DNA of 64,000 bases from Dicyema japonicum (taxonomy: Eukaryota; Animalia; Dicyemida), in assembly GCA_011109175.1 (NCBI GenBank), contig RDEW01000017.1, positions 616,568-680,567 of the forward strand. Reading direction: 5' to 3'. This document shows positions 27,300 to 38,449 of the stretch, piece after piece. The notes under the pieces were generated by a model that had not been told where the DNA came from, ran no database searches, and saw nothing but the letters and a program-made list of their open reading frames with translations. How positions within the stretch are numbered: the stretch's first letter is position 1; the number at the start of each line of letters is the position of its first letter. Both the position numbers and the translations under genes were made by a program.

Positions 27300-27640
27300 C
27301 CTGACTCAGGAGTGCTCGCTGGCTGACCGGCTTCCAAAAAACTCTATCTCTTCCCTAGCACATTAAGGGGTGGGATACTTAGAATCGTTGTCTTAGGTCT
27401 CCGTGAGTAATGCTGTCTGCATGAGGTGAAGAGGGTCACTCTTGTGTGTGACACCTTTAGGTGTATTCCTACTAGCAAATGGATTAAGGAATTGAGCATT
27501 CTTTGGACCATTTAATCTTCGACTTCATAGTCCCTGTCCCTTTCAGCGATGACCATGTCTTCCGCATACGGGAAGAGGAGATAGTTATCACCTGTTGGCT
27601 ATGGCATGTTTGAGAGAAAGTGTGCCTTCAATTTCACGTT
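27300..27640 (-). mobile_element. LINE RT fragment
   Basis: Minus-strand LFPYAEDMVIA (YADD-like). Confidence 0.4.
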
Positions 27641-27863
27641 GTTACAGATTACCTGCCCACAACTACCGCTCATTAAATTAAATCATTACCCCAACAAAAA
27701 TTAAATTATTCCTAACATGATAGCGAAACGCAACCGCTCAGAAAGTTAATTAATCAATTTGAGGTGTACATCATTAATTTCAGAGATTGATTATTTAATT
27801 ATTCACATTTATAAATCAATTGGTTAATTATTTTTATAGAAATGCGTAAAAAGTCTCAGAATA

Positions 27864-29207
27864 ATGTCAAGTACAGCTGATTAATCAAAAATAGGTAACC
27901 TTAGAAAAGTCCCTCACAATTTACAACTCTCAAGATGTGTCCGAGCTGACAACGGGGCGCAAATATTTACGTTTAGCATGAATTATGGAGTCCGCGAAAA
28001 TATAAATCAGAACATAATTGAGACGACTGTGGGGCACCACGATTGGGTGATTTCCTTCCCAGTCTCAGAAAAACATTTGGGGGCATCACTTGAACTAAAA
28101 AATCCGTCAGAACATTTCAATGTTTACGTTGATTTCAGATTTTATCTCCAGTCACCGTATTTTCGTAAATTGGTAGTTTTAGGAATCATTATACTGAAAA
28201 TGAGACATTTGGGGAAAACAGCACGATATTTAATTCATCGTCGGCAGTAAAATGTCGTAAAGCCTTTGTGTATTTGGGAGATATCGAGGACGTCAATTTT
28301 TGATGGAAAATAAAAGTTTGATGATTATCGGCTTCGAGCTCTACAACTCACATACGATATTAAATCAACATTTCAAACTCCAAAGCGCCCCCAATTTTAA
28401 TTATGGGAGACAGATATGCCTCGTCACCTCAAAATTCTATTATGGAGGATATCGCTGGAGCACAAATTTATATCCGTTTGGGGTCACTCAGAAAAACCCC
28501 AACATTCTTGTCATCAATATCAACAGGCTGGCAACCTCCGCTCAAAGATGTCGTCTTCAATATCGAGTCAGGTTCCCTGGAGTCAAAAATGTACAATCAG
28601 ATGTTCTAAATCAAGAAATAAGCGATCAAGTTTCAGAAGGATTTGAGGTAAATATCAATGTCTTCAAACTTATCGACGAAAATTCAAATACCTTTAAATT
28701 TGAATTGTGGTTGTTAAGTTTCTCCATTATTTATACTCTTCCCCTATCTCTGAAGTGCCCAACTTTTAACTTTCAACAAACTCTCTTGAAACTCGGTTTA
28801 GAACTAAAGAACGAAGATAAGAGACTCAACATAGATGTCCACCCATTAGATCTCGACAAACTTGGACCTCTTCAGCATAAAAAGGTCGTCTTTGGGATCG
28901 GTTTGATACCCAACATCAAAGGAAAGCCGGTTCTCAAGTTATCTCAGTCTCCCATGAAATTACACTATTTTAAACTTACCAAAGTTCCCCATGGTATTTT
29001 TTCTCTCCCATTTGACTCAGATGAGGTTATATGTGAGTTATATTGCAGATGTTTTCACTTCAGAACATTTATTCTAATAACGGGGAACTACAAATAGAAA
29101 TTGAACACGAATGGTCGATGATTATGGAGAATATAACTCTGACTCGAATCGACGAGATAAGCCAATTACAGAAATATCAAATCAAGTTTTTTATTGGTTT
29201 AACGTAA
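27864..29207 (+). CDS. Tandem MATH/TRAF-like domain protein, 4 exons
   Basis: Long beta-rich frame; SKFYYGGYRWSTNLYPFG is a MATH-like strand motif. Introns of 24, 26 and 23 nt join the ORFs; one missing T at 28297-28301. Resembles (from memory) an uncharacterised invertebrate multi-MATH family. Confidence 0.72.
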
Positions 29208-29424
29208 AATAGTAAGGAATTAACAACTTTAACAAAAGAAAACGAATTGCTTGAAAAAGAACTGATAAAGTACCAATGTGGAGAAGACGGTAAAGGACTT
29301 TTTATTCAAAACTAACGATTATATTTCTATCTAATAATTTATTTAAAATCAGAAAAGTTTAAACTTAATAAATTAGGAGAATACCAAAACAAACTGTGAT
29401 TAACGGTAATATACCGCACTATAA

Positions 29425-29770
29425 GGCCTTCTGGCTGAACGTAACGTCTGATTACATCGGATCTGAAGGTCGTAGGTTTGAATCCGAAAGATGGAGTTTT
29501 CAGCGAAGGTCAATTCTTGTCAAACAGATCCCACCCGTGAGGCGACGAGTCCTTTCTTGCACGACACAGTAGTTAAAAGGGATCTTCCTACCTTTCACCT
29601 TACCAAATTCTCTGATGAAGATTACATTATGAAAACTATTCTTTTAAAGAATAAAGTGGTGTCCGCGACAGTAGGACGTGGGACAAAAATGGAAGAGGGC
29701 GGACCTACTTCTCCTCTTCTCTTCGGAAGCGGAAGCCTGTAATTAAGTATTGGAAGATGGATTTGGTCGA
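29425..29770 (+). mobile_element. tRNA-Arg-derived SINE (copy C)
   Basis: Head GGCCTTCTGGCTGAACGTAACGTCTGATTACATCGGATCTGAAGGTCGTAGGTTTGAATCC resembles eukaryotic tRNA-Arg(ACG); body matches copies A and D. Confidence 0.75.
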
Positions 29771-30389
29771 TCTTCGTGCGTAAACTGGATCGACACACCA
29801 CGTGCGTAAACTGGATAAGATAAAAAAGCCCCAAGACTGACTGATCTATGGACGCGACCAGCATTTGCTGAGTCCTACTTAATTGTCAATGGTCACCTAT
29901 AAGTTACTTAAACTGACTAAATAGCTTAGGTATTTTAGTGGCTAAGATGCCATACAATCTTGGGTTCGACTTTCACTACTGAATACTTGATCTAAGGTTT
30001 CTCATCTTTCCCTTAGTTCCTTATTTAATTTTATTATACTAGAGTGGGGTCATGTGACCTATTTCAGTCAGATGACCCACTCTGTCAGCAATGCATGAAA
30101 AAAATCATTTACTCCCTCAATTGGATGGATTCTCACAACTTACGGGACAGGATGTTTTTTTTCATTTCCGCTTGTTCTGGATGGATTTGTAGGCAATATT
30201 GATAAGTCTCTGCTTATGGATTATAAGAATTGGGTACATTTAATTAGTTTTTTAATACTAAATTCTTTTTCGGTATATAAAATTAAAATAAACCCTACAT
30301 TTGATAGTTTTTTTAGACGGAGGGACAATATCTTATTTCTAGTTTCTCGGCCGATTCGTATTATGGGGAAATAAATGAAAAAAAATTCC

Positions 30390-30720
30390 CAAAGATCACG
30401 GTAACACCAAACTAACTAATCACGTGATCCCAACACACTCCAAAAGAGACTTCAGCTTGGAACGATGTTCCTCCTTTGAGCCCACGCAAGTACGCATCGA
30501 CCTTATAACTGGTTCCTCGTATTCTCAACGGTACGTTCCCAGATTCTTAAGTATTAAGAATTCCAAAGGAATTTGAGACCGGACTTTCACAAGTACGCAT
30601 CGGCCTTATAACTGGTCCCTCGTAGTCTCAACGGTAAGTTCCCAGATTCTTACGTATTAAGGATTCCAGAGGAATTTGAGACCGGGACTTTCCATTGGAG
30701 ACTGTAGTTTCTTTCAAAAA
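30390..30720 (-). mobile_element. I-group LINE 3' end with internal ~100-bp duplication
   Basis: 3' motif at 30424-30431; diverged tandem units at ~30489 and ~30592. Confidence 0.65.
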
Positions 30721-31047
30721 TTAATGAAACCCTACCCATTTCTGTACAGTTTTAATTATCAATCATCAAAAAAGTCATCATTTTCGACTCTGGCTTTATA
30801 TGTTCTTCAATGACAATTTGATCTTCATTACACTGCACTCATTGGGGAAGTTTTAGCAAATGCTATCGACAGGAAGTTTCATAGGGTGTATACTCTGCCT
30901 CTTGGTGGACTTTTACTTGGTATCTGAATGTGCTTGCCAGGGTCGCCGACGTCGGGGGATAACTCATTCAATTGGTTACTACAATTTCCATTTTCTCTAG
31001 TTTGTCCGGAGTACTAAAATTAAAAGGCCAGAAATTAGGAAAGAAAA

Positions 31048-32165
31048 TTAAGAAAAACAATTTAATTTACAAAAAGAAACAAAAAAGTCAGTCAGAGTAT
31101 GAGGGTAGTTTTGAAATTCGTAATGTCCCCCATTTTTGAATAAATAAAACGGCCTCTTTTCAATCGTAAAATCTACAAACAAAGGACACGGAATCACTAT
31201 TAAAGACAGTATTTTCGTCAATTACAGACTTTTTAGTAAGACCCAGCCAGTCCACCATGTCGTTAATCATTTCTAGATCTGAAATCCCGTCTTTTTCTGA
31301 TCCAAACAAGGCAATTGGTCTGCCTCTCAGTTTCATAGCCAGTCCTGGGGACTTTGGTTTTCTAAAAATCCAACCTTTGAGTTGAATATTTCTGCGTATG
31401 TCCGAAGTGTGGCCACAGTCTCATCTTTACTGCGGGTGATTATCCCATTTCTCTTTAAGTACATTCTTCCCAGGACTCCACCGAAAATTTTCCCATGGTA
31501 TGAGTCGTTCATGCTACACAAATATGACAGAATTGAGGGATTTTCAAATTTTCTTACAAAATAACAAAATCTGCTACGAGGAGGGACGGAAGATTGATGG
31601 CATCATCAGGCAATAACAGCCGGCAAAACCTGGATTAGATGCGGCCATTTGCAAAAGCGTGTGACAAGCAGTAGAGTGAGCCACAACCAGATCGACGCTA
31701 AAATAATTAGGTTTCAATGGAACCTAAAGACTCGGAGTTTGGAAAGCCACTCGAATATGAGAGATGAGTTTTCGCCGGGAGAAAAGCAGTAGAAATATTT
31801 TTCAGAGTGAGATGCGAACTTTGTGTGCGAATTCCCTTAAAATTGTTGTTACCTTAAAACCTGGTAAATTTGGAATCAGCAAACGAAAGTTTGATTTTAC
31901 AAGTGGGTCAATGAAGCATGAAAAGTCCATGAATGATCCGGGGAAACCGTGAATAAAGAGGATGATTTTGTTCCTATCACCTTTGTTTGACAAATCAAAA
32001 TATGACATGGTCAGTTCAACTCCAGTAAGTCTTTCATCCCACAATCCCACATTAGCAGTCATATCAATTTTGCTGGCAAAATTTATCACATTTTTGTGAC
32101 CTGCAGTGGACTGTAGACGTTCTACAGAATTAAAATATTTATTTACTCAACAAAAGTGAAAACAT
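31048..32165 (-). CDS. Alpha/beta-fold hydrolase with putative mitochondrial presequence, 7 exons
   Basis: Six GT-AG introns (25, 25, 26, 25, 23, 25 nt) give an intact frame: MFSLLLKRLQSTA, LFIHGFPGS, IPNLPG, VVAHSTAC (nucleophile elbow), GGH (catalytic His). Confidence 0.85.
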
Positions 32166-32288
32166 ACTATAACTTTTTTTAAAACATAATTATTTATTAG
32201 TGATTTAAATCGTTTATTTTTATTCATATTTTTACTTATTTTCTTGTAATGAATCTTTTAACAAATGTACATTTATCAGTGTAGAGTC

Positions 32289-32312
32289 AGGACCTGGATT
32301 AGGTTCTATATC
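32289..32312 (-). other. 2A-like ribosome-skipping motif DIEPNPGP (orphan)
   Basis: ORF 32232-32438 contains FSLLLLAVDIEPNPGP, which fits DxExNPGP with a hydrophobic upstream run. Confidence 0.6.
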
Positions 32313-32514
32313 AACAGCCAGAAGTAACAAAGAGAAAACGTGGAAATTCGTAAGCCACTCTTCGGAAGGTCGTATAAGGGTAGGATTGTCTAAGGGTTCT
32401 ATTCCATGCAGAACTTGCACTGAAAGCCACCATAACAACAGGTGAACCGCATGACTAATTTAAAGTGATTCAGGCTGGGATCACATAATTAATGAATTAT
32501 TATTATTTATTATT

Positions 32515-33000
32515 TAATAACCCCGAAAAGGGAACACCAAGAAAGGAGTAAACCAACTAATTAAGTGATCCCGGTACGCCTCAACAGGATCGAGAGGTTT
32601 TTCCTGTGTTCCTCCAGAGTACCCACAGCTTTCCTGAATAGACGACGATCATCTTTCATTAGAGTTTGAAGAGGAGTGGGTTTTTTCCCCAAATTTCGTG
32701 TATTTGAGGCCTTTAGCCTTGAATGGAAGAAACGACTTGTTTCTTGGCCACACAGACAGATGAAGCCGCAGCCATTATTTTTGATTGCGGCGTGGTCAAG
32801 CATTGGAGGGAAAAGATCGGGGGTAGATTCGTTTGACGTGCTAGTTTGCCAATTAGGGTATTGATCTTGAGTGAATTTGATATCGAAGCTCCATAGGCCC
32901 ATGAGGCACAAGCGTACTCAATCGTCGGTTTTAGGAGTTGATTGAACACGACGAGGGCGCATTCTTGTGAAGGTTTGGACTTCAAGAGCGGTTTGATTAT
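32515..33000 (-). mobile_element. I-group LINE 3' end
   Basis: LLKPTIEYACASW; terminal ORF ends RTGIT-stop at the shared motif (32565-32572). Confidence 0.75.
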
Positions 33001-33149
33001 ATTAAGTTTCCTGATTAATGAGTTAGCCTTTATTGGTGGTTTTTGGGTTTTAAAACAATAAATAATAATGTAAATTTATTATTTAAAAATTTGAATCATT
33101 AAATCTTTGCCTTCTTTAGTTTATCAGAAGCTTTATTTTCTAATAAACT

Positions 33150-33600
33150 GCTTGGTTTGATCAAATCTATTTTTGGTGGCATCAGAACCCCTTTCCCAGT
33201 ATTGAAACTACTACACAAACAATTCATTGAGCCATCTATTAGCTACGCCTGTGCGTCTTGGGGAATCAACCTATCCTGGACGAACAAACAGAAAATCAGT
33301 GATATTCAGTCCCTATCAGCTACAACTATCGGCAAGCTCGTGAGAACAATCAGTCTACTCCAGTAGAAGAGGTTCCCACAATAGATGGGTGTGATTCTTG
33401 GAGAGGATACATCCTGAGGAACCGGGATAAAACCTGTTTCATGTATATTTGGGGTTGTTAAAGTTAAATCTCATTAGTTTGCATAACTGGAATTAATAAA
33501 ACCAAACTTCCTGAAAAAAGATGCGATCTTTAACTCGTACATCACAGCACGAAATGAATCATAAGAGGGATCTGAGGACGCAGAAGGGGAGTCCAAGCTG
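33150..33600 (+). mobile_element. I-group LINE RT C-terminal fragment
   Basis: LLHKQFIEPSISYACASW. Confidence 0.6.
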
Positions 33601-33699
33601 TGGCAGGATTTGTGTTAAGAAGCCTCAAAAAAATACCCTCTTTAATTTCCTTTATTAATAAAGTTTATTAATGTAAAGTTAAAGTTCCACATTTTAATG

Positions 33700-34140
33700 G
33701 ATACTACAAGAATTCGGTGCTCTCAGAGAGGAGACTGAATGACTATTTGTATATGATTGAAGATTGGTGTAGCATGAGAGGGTTAAATCTTTCATGTGAG
33801 AAGTATAACGCATTACGTCTCAGTCGAGTCAGGAAGCAATTACTTCAAGAATACACACTTCAAGTGAAAAGTGTGCATTTGTTACGTTATTTGTGGGGGG
33901 TCGATTTTGACCGTAGGAAAGTTAAACCTCGAGTCGTGGACCTTTGTTTATGCTTTAAATGGTTTAGAGAGGTGGTACGACTCGGAATTTTGCTTTGAAG
34001 TTTGCTTGAGAAATAAATCATCTTATGCCGATTCCCATGTGGTTGGATTGAAAAAATGTGATTGGTTAACGGAACTATCAAAAATCTTCTTCGAGGTTTC
34101 AAGAACTGCATAAATGCACTGGGACTTTTCTTCAAGGATT
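33700..34140 (+). mobile_element. APE-type LINE RT fragment (CR1/L2-like)
   Basis: IEDWCSMRGLNLSCEK resembles the post-YADD W....L.LN..K motif. Confidence 0.45.
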
Positions 34141-34349
34141 ACCCCGTAGTTAATCGTTTTCTTATTCCTTAAGCAGCCATCTCATCTTAGCTGCCGTTCA
34201 TTCCGAGATCAGATCGATTCATTTAAATATAAATTTTTCACAATTAAATGGTTATTAAAATACTGGTGGTCTTCAACAAAACGACCTTATTGGCAATCAT
34301 AATTTTTTTTTACCCCAAGATTTTTTGGTTGAGGTGGTGACGTCCCTCT

Positions 34350-34790
34350 TGAAAAGTATGTCTGAAAAACACGAAAATTGCAACCTAAATGACTTCTCTC
34401 TTTTAACGTTCAATGTCAAAGGACTCTCCAGTGCATGTAAAAGAAAAGAACTTTGTGAAGACCTTTCAAAATACAAGATATCAATCGGATGTCTCCAAGA
34501 GACAAAAATATCGAAGGAGTTTGAAATCTTATACAAGAGAACAGGAACTGAGCCAATTTCATGTGAGATTACTGATTCAAGATGGAAGCTCTTTGGACAC
34601 ATACTCCGCCACGATATGGGGACCCCTGCCAACATAGCAATGGAGAAGTATTTTGTCTTAGAAGCTTCTCGTTTCCGCGGCCGGTCGAGACAACACTGCC
34701 GGTTATTCTAGATGAAGATCTCAGGATACGCTACGGAACATGGCAACGGATCGAAAAAGATGGGGGACGTTAATTAGATTGTTAACTTTT
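34350..34790 (+). mobile_element. Internally deleted RTE element (APE N-terminus fused to RT C-terminus)
   Basis: One frame: LLTFNVKGL...IGCLQETKIS then KEFEILYKRT...RWKLFGHILR...FRGR. Confidence 0.75.
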
Positions 34791-34859
34791 CGTGTTGTAC
34801 ATGCTTTGTCATGATCTTGGCATTGCGTACGTGCCTATAATAATAATCACCGGATTAGT

Positions 34860-37460
34860 AAAAGTTAATTACTAACTAAGTGATCCCGGTTTTCCGGGTT
34901 CTGGCTCGTTCGGGGTCCTCGAAGATCCAACAGAATTGGTAGAAACGGGGACGGTCTCATTCTCCATAGATTTCCCGCATTTTCTAGATAGTCAGATATA
35001 GAGAGTGAAAGCGGATATCCGGGTTTTTATTGCCCACTGTAGAAATGACTTCACTCTCCACCTTAGGTGTCTTTAACATTCAATACGTTATCCACAGTTT
35101 TCTTATTATTATTTTCAAGGCAGCAAGTTGTGCGGCTTCTAATTTTTGAGACGACGATTCAGAAATCATCGAGCTCCAGGAGGGACATGCGTATTCGATT
35201 ACTTGTCTGTAAATTTTCTGTAGTAAAAAGGTGTTGTGGCCGATTGGTGATCGGGATAAAATTTTCAATATGTTGGTCCTCCTCCTGACTTTGTTAATAA
35301 CGTCATTGACGTGTTGGTTGAATGTCAGGAGAGTATCCAACTTTAATCTTAGTATTGTTGGAGACTTATTCATAGGAATTTCATATCCAAACAATTTGAT
35401 TTTGGGAGAGTATAATGATCTTCTATATGTAAAGAAAATTGTTATAAACGACTTTCCTGTAGAAACTTCCAGTCGATTTGATGTGAGCCAATGTTCAACA
35501 TACCAATATAACTTTGAAGTTTCATCCCTGCCTTCTCATAGTTAGAGTCTTTCGTCGCAAGAACAATGTCATCTGCGTATGAGAGTATCAATGTATCGGG
35601 ATCATCATTGGTGGGAAGGTCATTGGTGAACAAGTTGAAGAGCAGGGGAGAGAGAGGTGAAGCTTGAGGGACACCATTCGGCAATAAACAGGATTTAGAT
35701 TTTCTGTCGTCTGACATCACTTGTCCTCTTCTTCCATTTAGAAAGTTCGACAGCCATCTTTTAATGTTTGTATTTATAAGAGTGTCAGAAATTTTCTCTA
35801 TAAGCAGCGTCCGGGATACGGAGTCGAATGCTTTCTTCAAGTCTATTGAAGCCATTATGGTCCTTTTATGTGGTTTTGGATAGGAGAATCCATCAGATAT
35901 ATATGAGTTAATTTTGTTAAGTGAGTCGTAGTAGAATGATTTTCACGGAATCCATGCTGGAATACTCGATTTGGTACAATATTTTTGATTCGTGTTAAGA
36001 TTAATTTTTCTAAAATTCGGGAAATCGCACATAATATTGCAATTGGACGATAAGAAGAGGGATCGTTTGCGGGTTTGTTTGGCTTCCGAATTATGGATTT
36101 CTTCCATATAGAAGGTATCATATTATTGTTCACAGATAGAGTATAAACGTATGATAGGAATTTGGTTGCTTTTTCACCAAGGTGTTTCAGTTCCATCATC
36201 GAGACATTGTCAGCACCTCGGGAACGGGAATTTTTGGCATCCATGATTGCGTTTCGAACTTCTTGCGGAGTAAAGACAATCAAATCATATGATGGATACA
36301 ACTTCTTCTTGTAGACTCTGTGTTCCCTAGAAAAATATTTATGGCTGATTCCGACATAGTGTTTCATTAAAATATTTAGGTCGATGTTGCTACATTTCTG
36401 TCCGTGGAGGTCTTTCTCAGAACCTTCATTGCATTTTCTCAAATATTTAATTTTCCTCTATATCAGCGTCTCGGATGTATTTGGCGATAGAGAATCAATA
36501 AGTAATGTCCATCGCTTCTTGATTCTATTATTTTATTTATTTTTCAAGAATTTCATTTTTTGGAAATCGTCATTTGATAATTCCTTTTGCTTCTTTAATT
36601 TATTTCTTTCTCTGATAGGTGTTTTTGTATGCATATTAATATAGGTATTTCTTGTTTGATGGCATCCCATTGGGATAAATAGTTTTCTTGCTTTGAGTAT
36701 AATGTCCGTGAAAGTTTTGATCATGTGGTCAATTGATGAGAATACCAATGTGTAGAATACTTCCATATTGGTGTCGATGTAATTAGAGAAGTTGGACCAA
36801 TCTGCGCTTTTAAAATTTAAAAAAGTGGAATTCTGTCTGATAAATTTTTTTTCAGTGTTGATTTTCATCATAATAGGGTTGTGATCACTTCTTAGTTCAT
36901 ATTTTGCAGTCCAGTTGATGAGGGGAAACATTGATGGGGAACATAAGGAGAGGCCAGGGGATGTAGGTTTGTCTCCTTTTCGAGTAGGTGTTCTTGGCCA
37001 GTACCCACTTGGACAGGAGGTAGTAGGGGGAATATATACATTGACAATATTTATAGTTTTCCTAGGAATTCTAACATTTATGGCAATTAGTTCCAAAAGG
37101 TCATCTTCTGGATAAAGTTTTCGGATTTTGTTTTAAATATCTTTAGATTGAATTCCATTTCTTAATAGTGTCATTAGTCCTCCACCAAACTTAATCTTTC
37201 TGTCTTTACGGATAACGGAGTATCCGGGAAAGGTTGGAGTTGGTATGTTTGCTTGTAGCTTTGTCTCTTGGACTAGAGCAATGTCAATTTCATTACTATT
37301 GAGTAAGTGGCGGACTTCCAGCACCTTGTTTCGTATTCCGTTAATATTGATCTGGACCAGGTTGATTTCAGGGCCTGGGTTGGATTCGACGTCACCACAG
37401 AAAATTAGTGCGTACCTGGAAAACCATCCTCCTTCATAGATAGGGATAGGGAAAGTGTAG
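34860..37460 (-). mobile_element. Near-full-length I-group (Ingi/Vingi-like) LINE: 2A-APE-RT, frameshifted
   Basis: APE QININGIRNK, IALVQETKL, GGGL, SDHNPI; RT YRPIAIL, QHGFR, DLKKAFD, GVPQASPLSPLLF, YADDI; 3' motif at 34880-34887. Confidence 0.88.
37370..37393 (-). other. 2A-like motif DVESNPGP immediately N-terminal and in frame to the APE domain
   Basis: Translation YALIFCGDVESNPGP-EINLVQININGIRNK. Confidence 0.85.
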
Positions 37461-37685
37461 TTCTTTTCAACATCATGTGATGCACAACACCACTATACAG
37501 GTTAACCACGCGTCATTGGCAAACATAATAGCTTACGTGACTTTGTTCGGTAGGGAGCTCAACTACATCAACAGAATATGTATTGACAGTCTCCCGCAAG
37601 ACTATTATTTTCATGCTTATTGGCTACAATCAAATTTCTTGTAGGTCGTTTTACTCTAAATCCTGTCGGCCAGCCTGTTCATGTT

Positions 37686-38078
37686 TTTTTATTTATTAAC
37701 CACAGTCTTAGAATCTGAGGAAGGAACCCATAGGAGAACGTCTGCTTGTGGCAACCAAATCCATCCTCAGATAGTCCATTAAGGGCTTCCACTTCAGAAA
37801 AGAGGTGGAAAAGTATATCCGCACTCTTCCACTTTCATCACACGTCCTACCGTCGTGGTCATCACTTCATTCTTTGGCGGAATAGTTTTGCTTATGGTAA
37901 TCTTAACCAGAAGGATTTGGCCTGGTAAATGGTAGGAAGTGTCGTGTCAGAAGGAATCGTGGCCTCACAGGTGAGATCTGTTTGATGATAATTGACTTTC
38001 GCTGAAAAGGCATTTTTTAGGTTAGAATCCACTACTTTCAGATTTAATGTCATCATGTTATCTTTCAGCCAGAAGGCC
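37686..38078 (-). mobile_element. Full-length tRNA-Arg-derived SINE (copy D) with TSD
   Basis: TGTTCATGTT on both sides (37676-37685, 38079-38088); A-rich tail; head starts GGCCTTCTGGCTGAA. Confidence 0.85.
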
Positions 38079-38449
38079 TGTTCATGTTATCTTTCTAAGA
38101 TAGTTGCTACAAAAAATTAATAAATAGGAAATTCTTTAAAATAACATTTAAAATATAATTTTATTATTTTAAAATATAATAAAATTAAATAATAAAACGT
38201 GTTTCGTGATTCCATATGGTTGTTATTAAGACTAACTTTAATTCTTAGTCTCTCGTAATTTGTGAAAATTTCCAACATATAATTCGACTGTGTAACTCCA
38301 ACATTAAAGGGAGTCGAAACATCGTGCATTCTCTGACAGGAATTAAGGTTCAGGTTAAAAACTCATTTTTAAGGGGATTGGTCGTCGTTTTTCCCACGTA
38401 GTTTGTAAGGCAGCGAAAATAGATACGACCAAAAGAGCTGGAGAACTTA

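Noticed and set aside
29425-29495. Functional tRNA-Arg gene
   Set aside because: Acceptor stem and T-loop are degenerate (GGTTTGAATC), and it continues into a repeated SINE body.
29610-29640. Hammerhead core CTGATGA...GAAA within SINE copy C
   Set aside because: Stem II does not pair and the CTGATGA is absent from copy A.
38360-38440. HDV-like ribozyme upstream of the R2-like fragment
   Set aside because: Only a 6-bp GGTCGT/ACGACC pairing; P1 and P3 could not be built.
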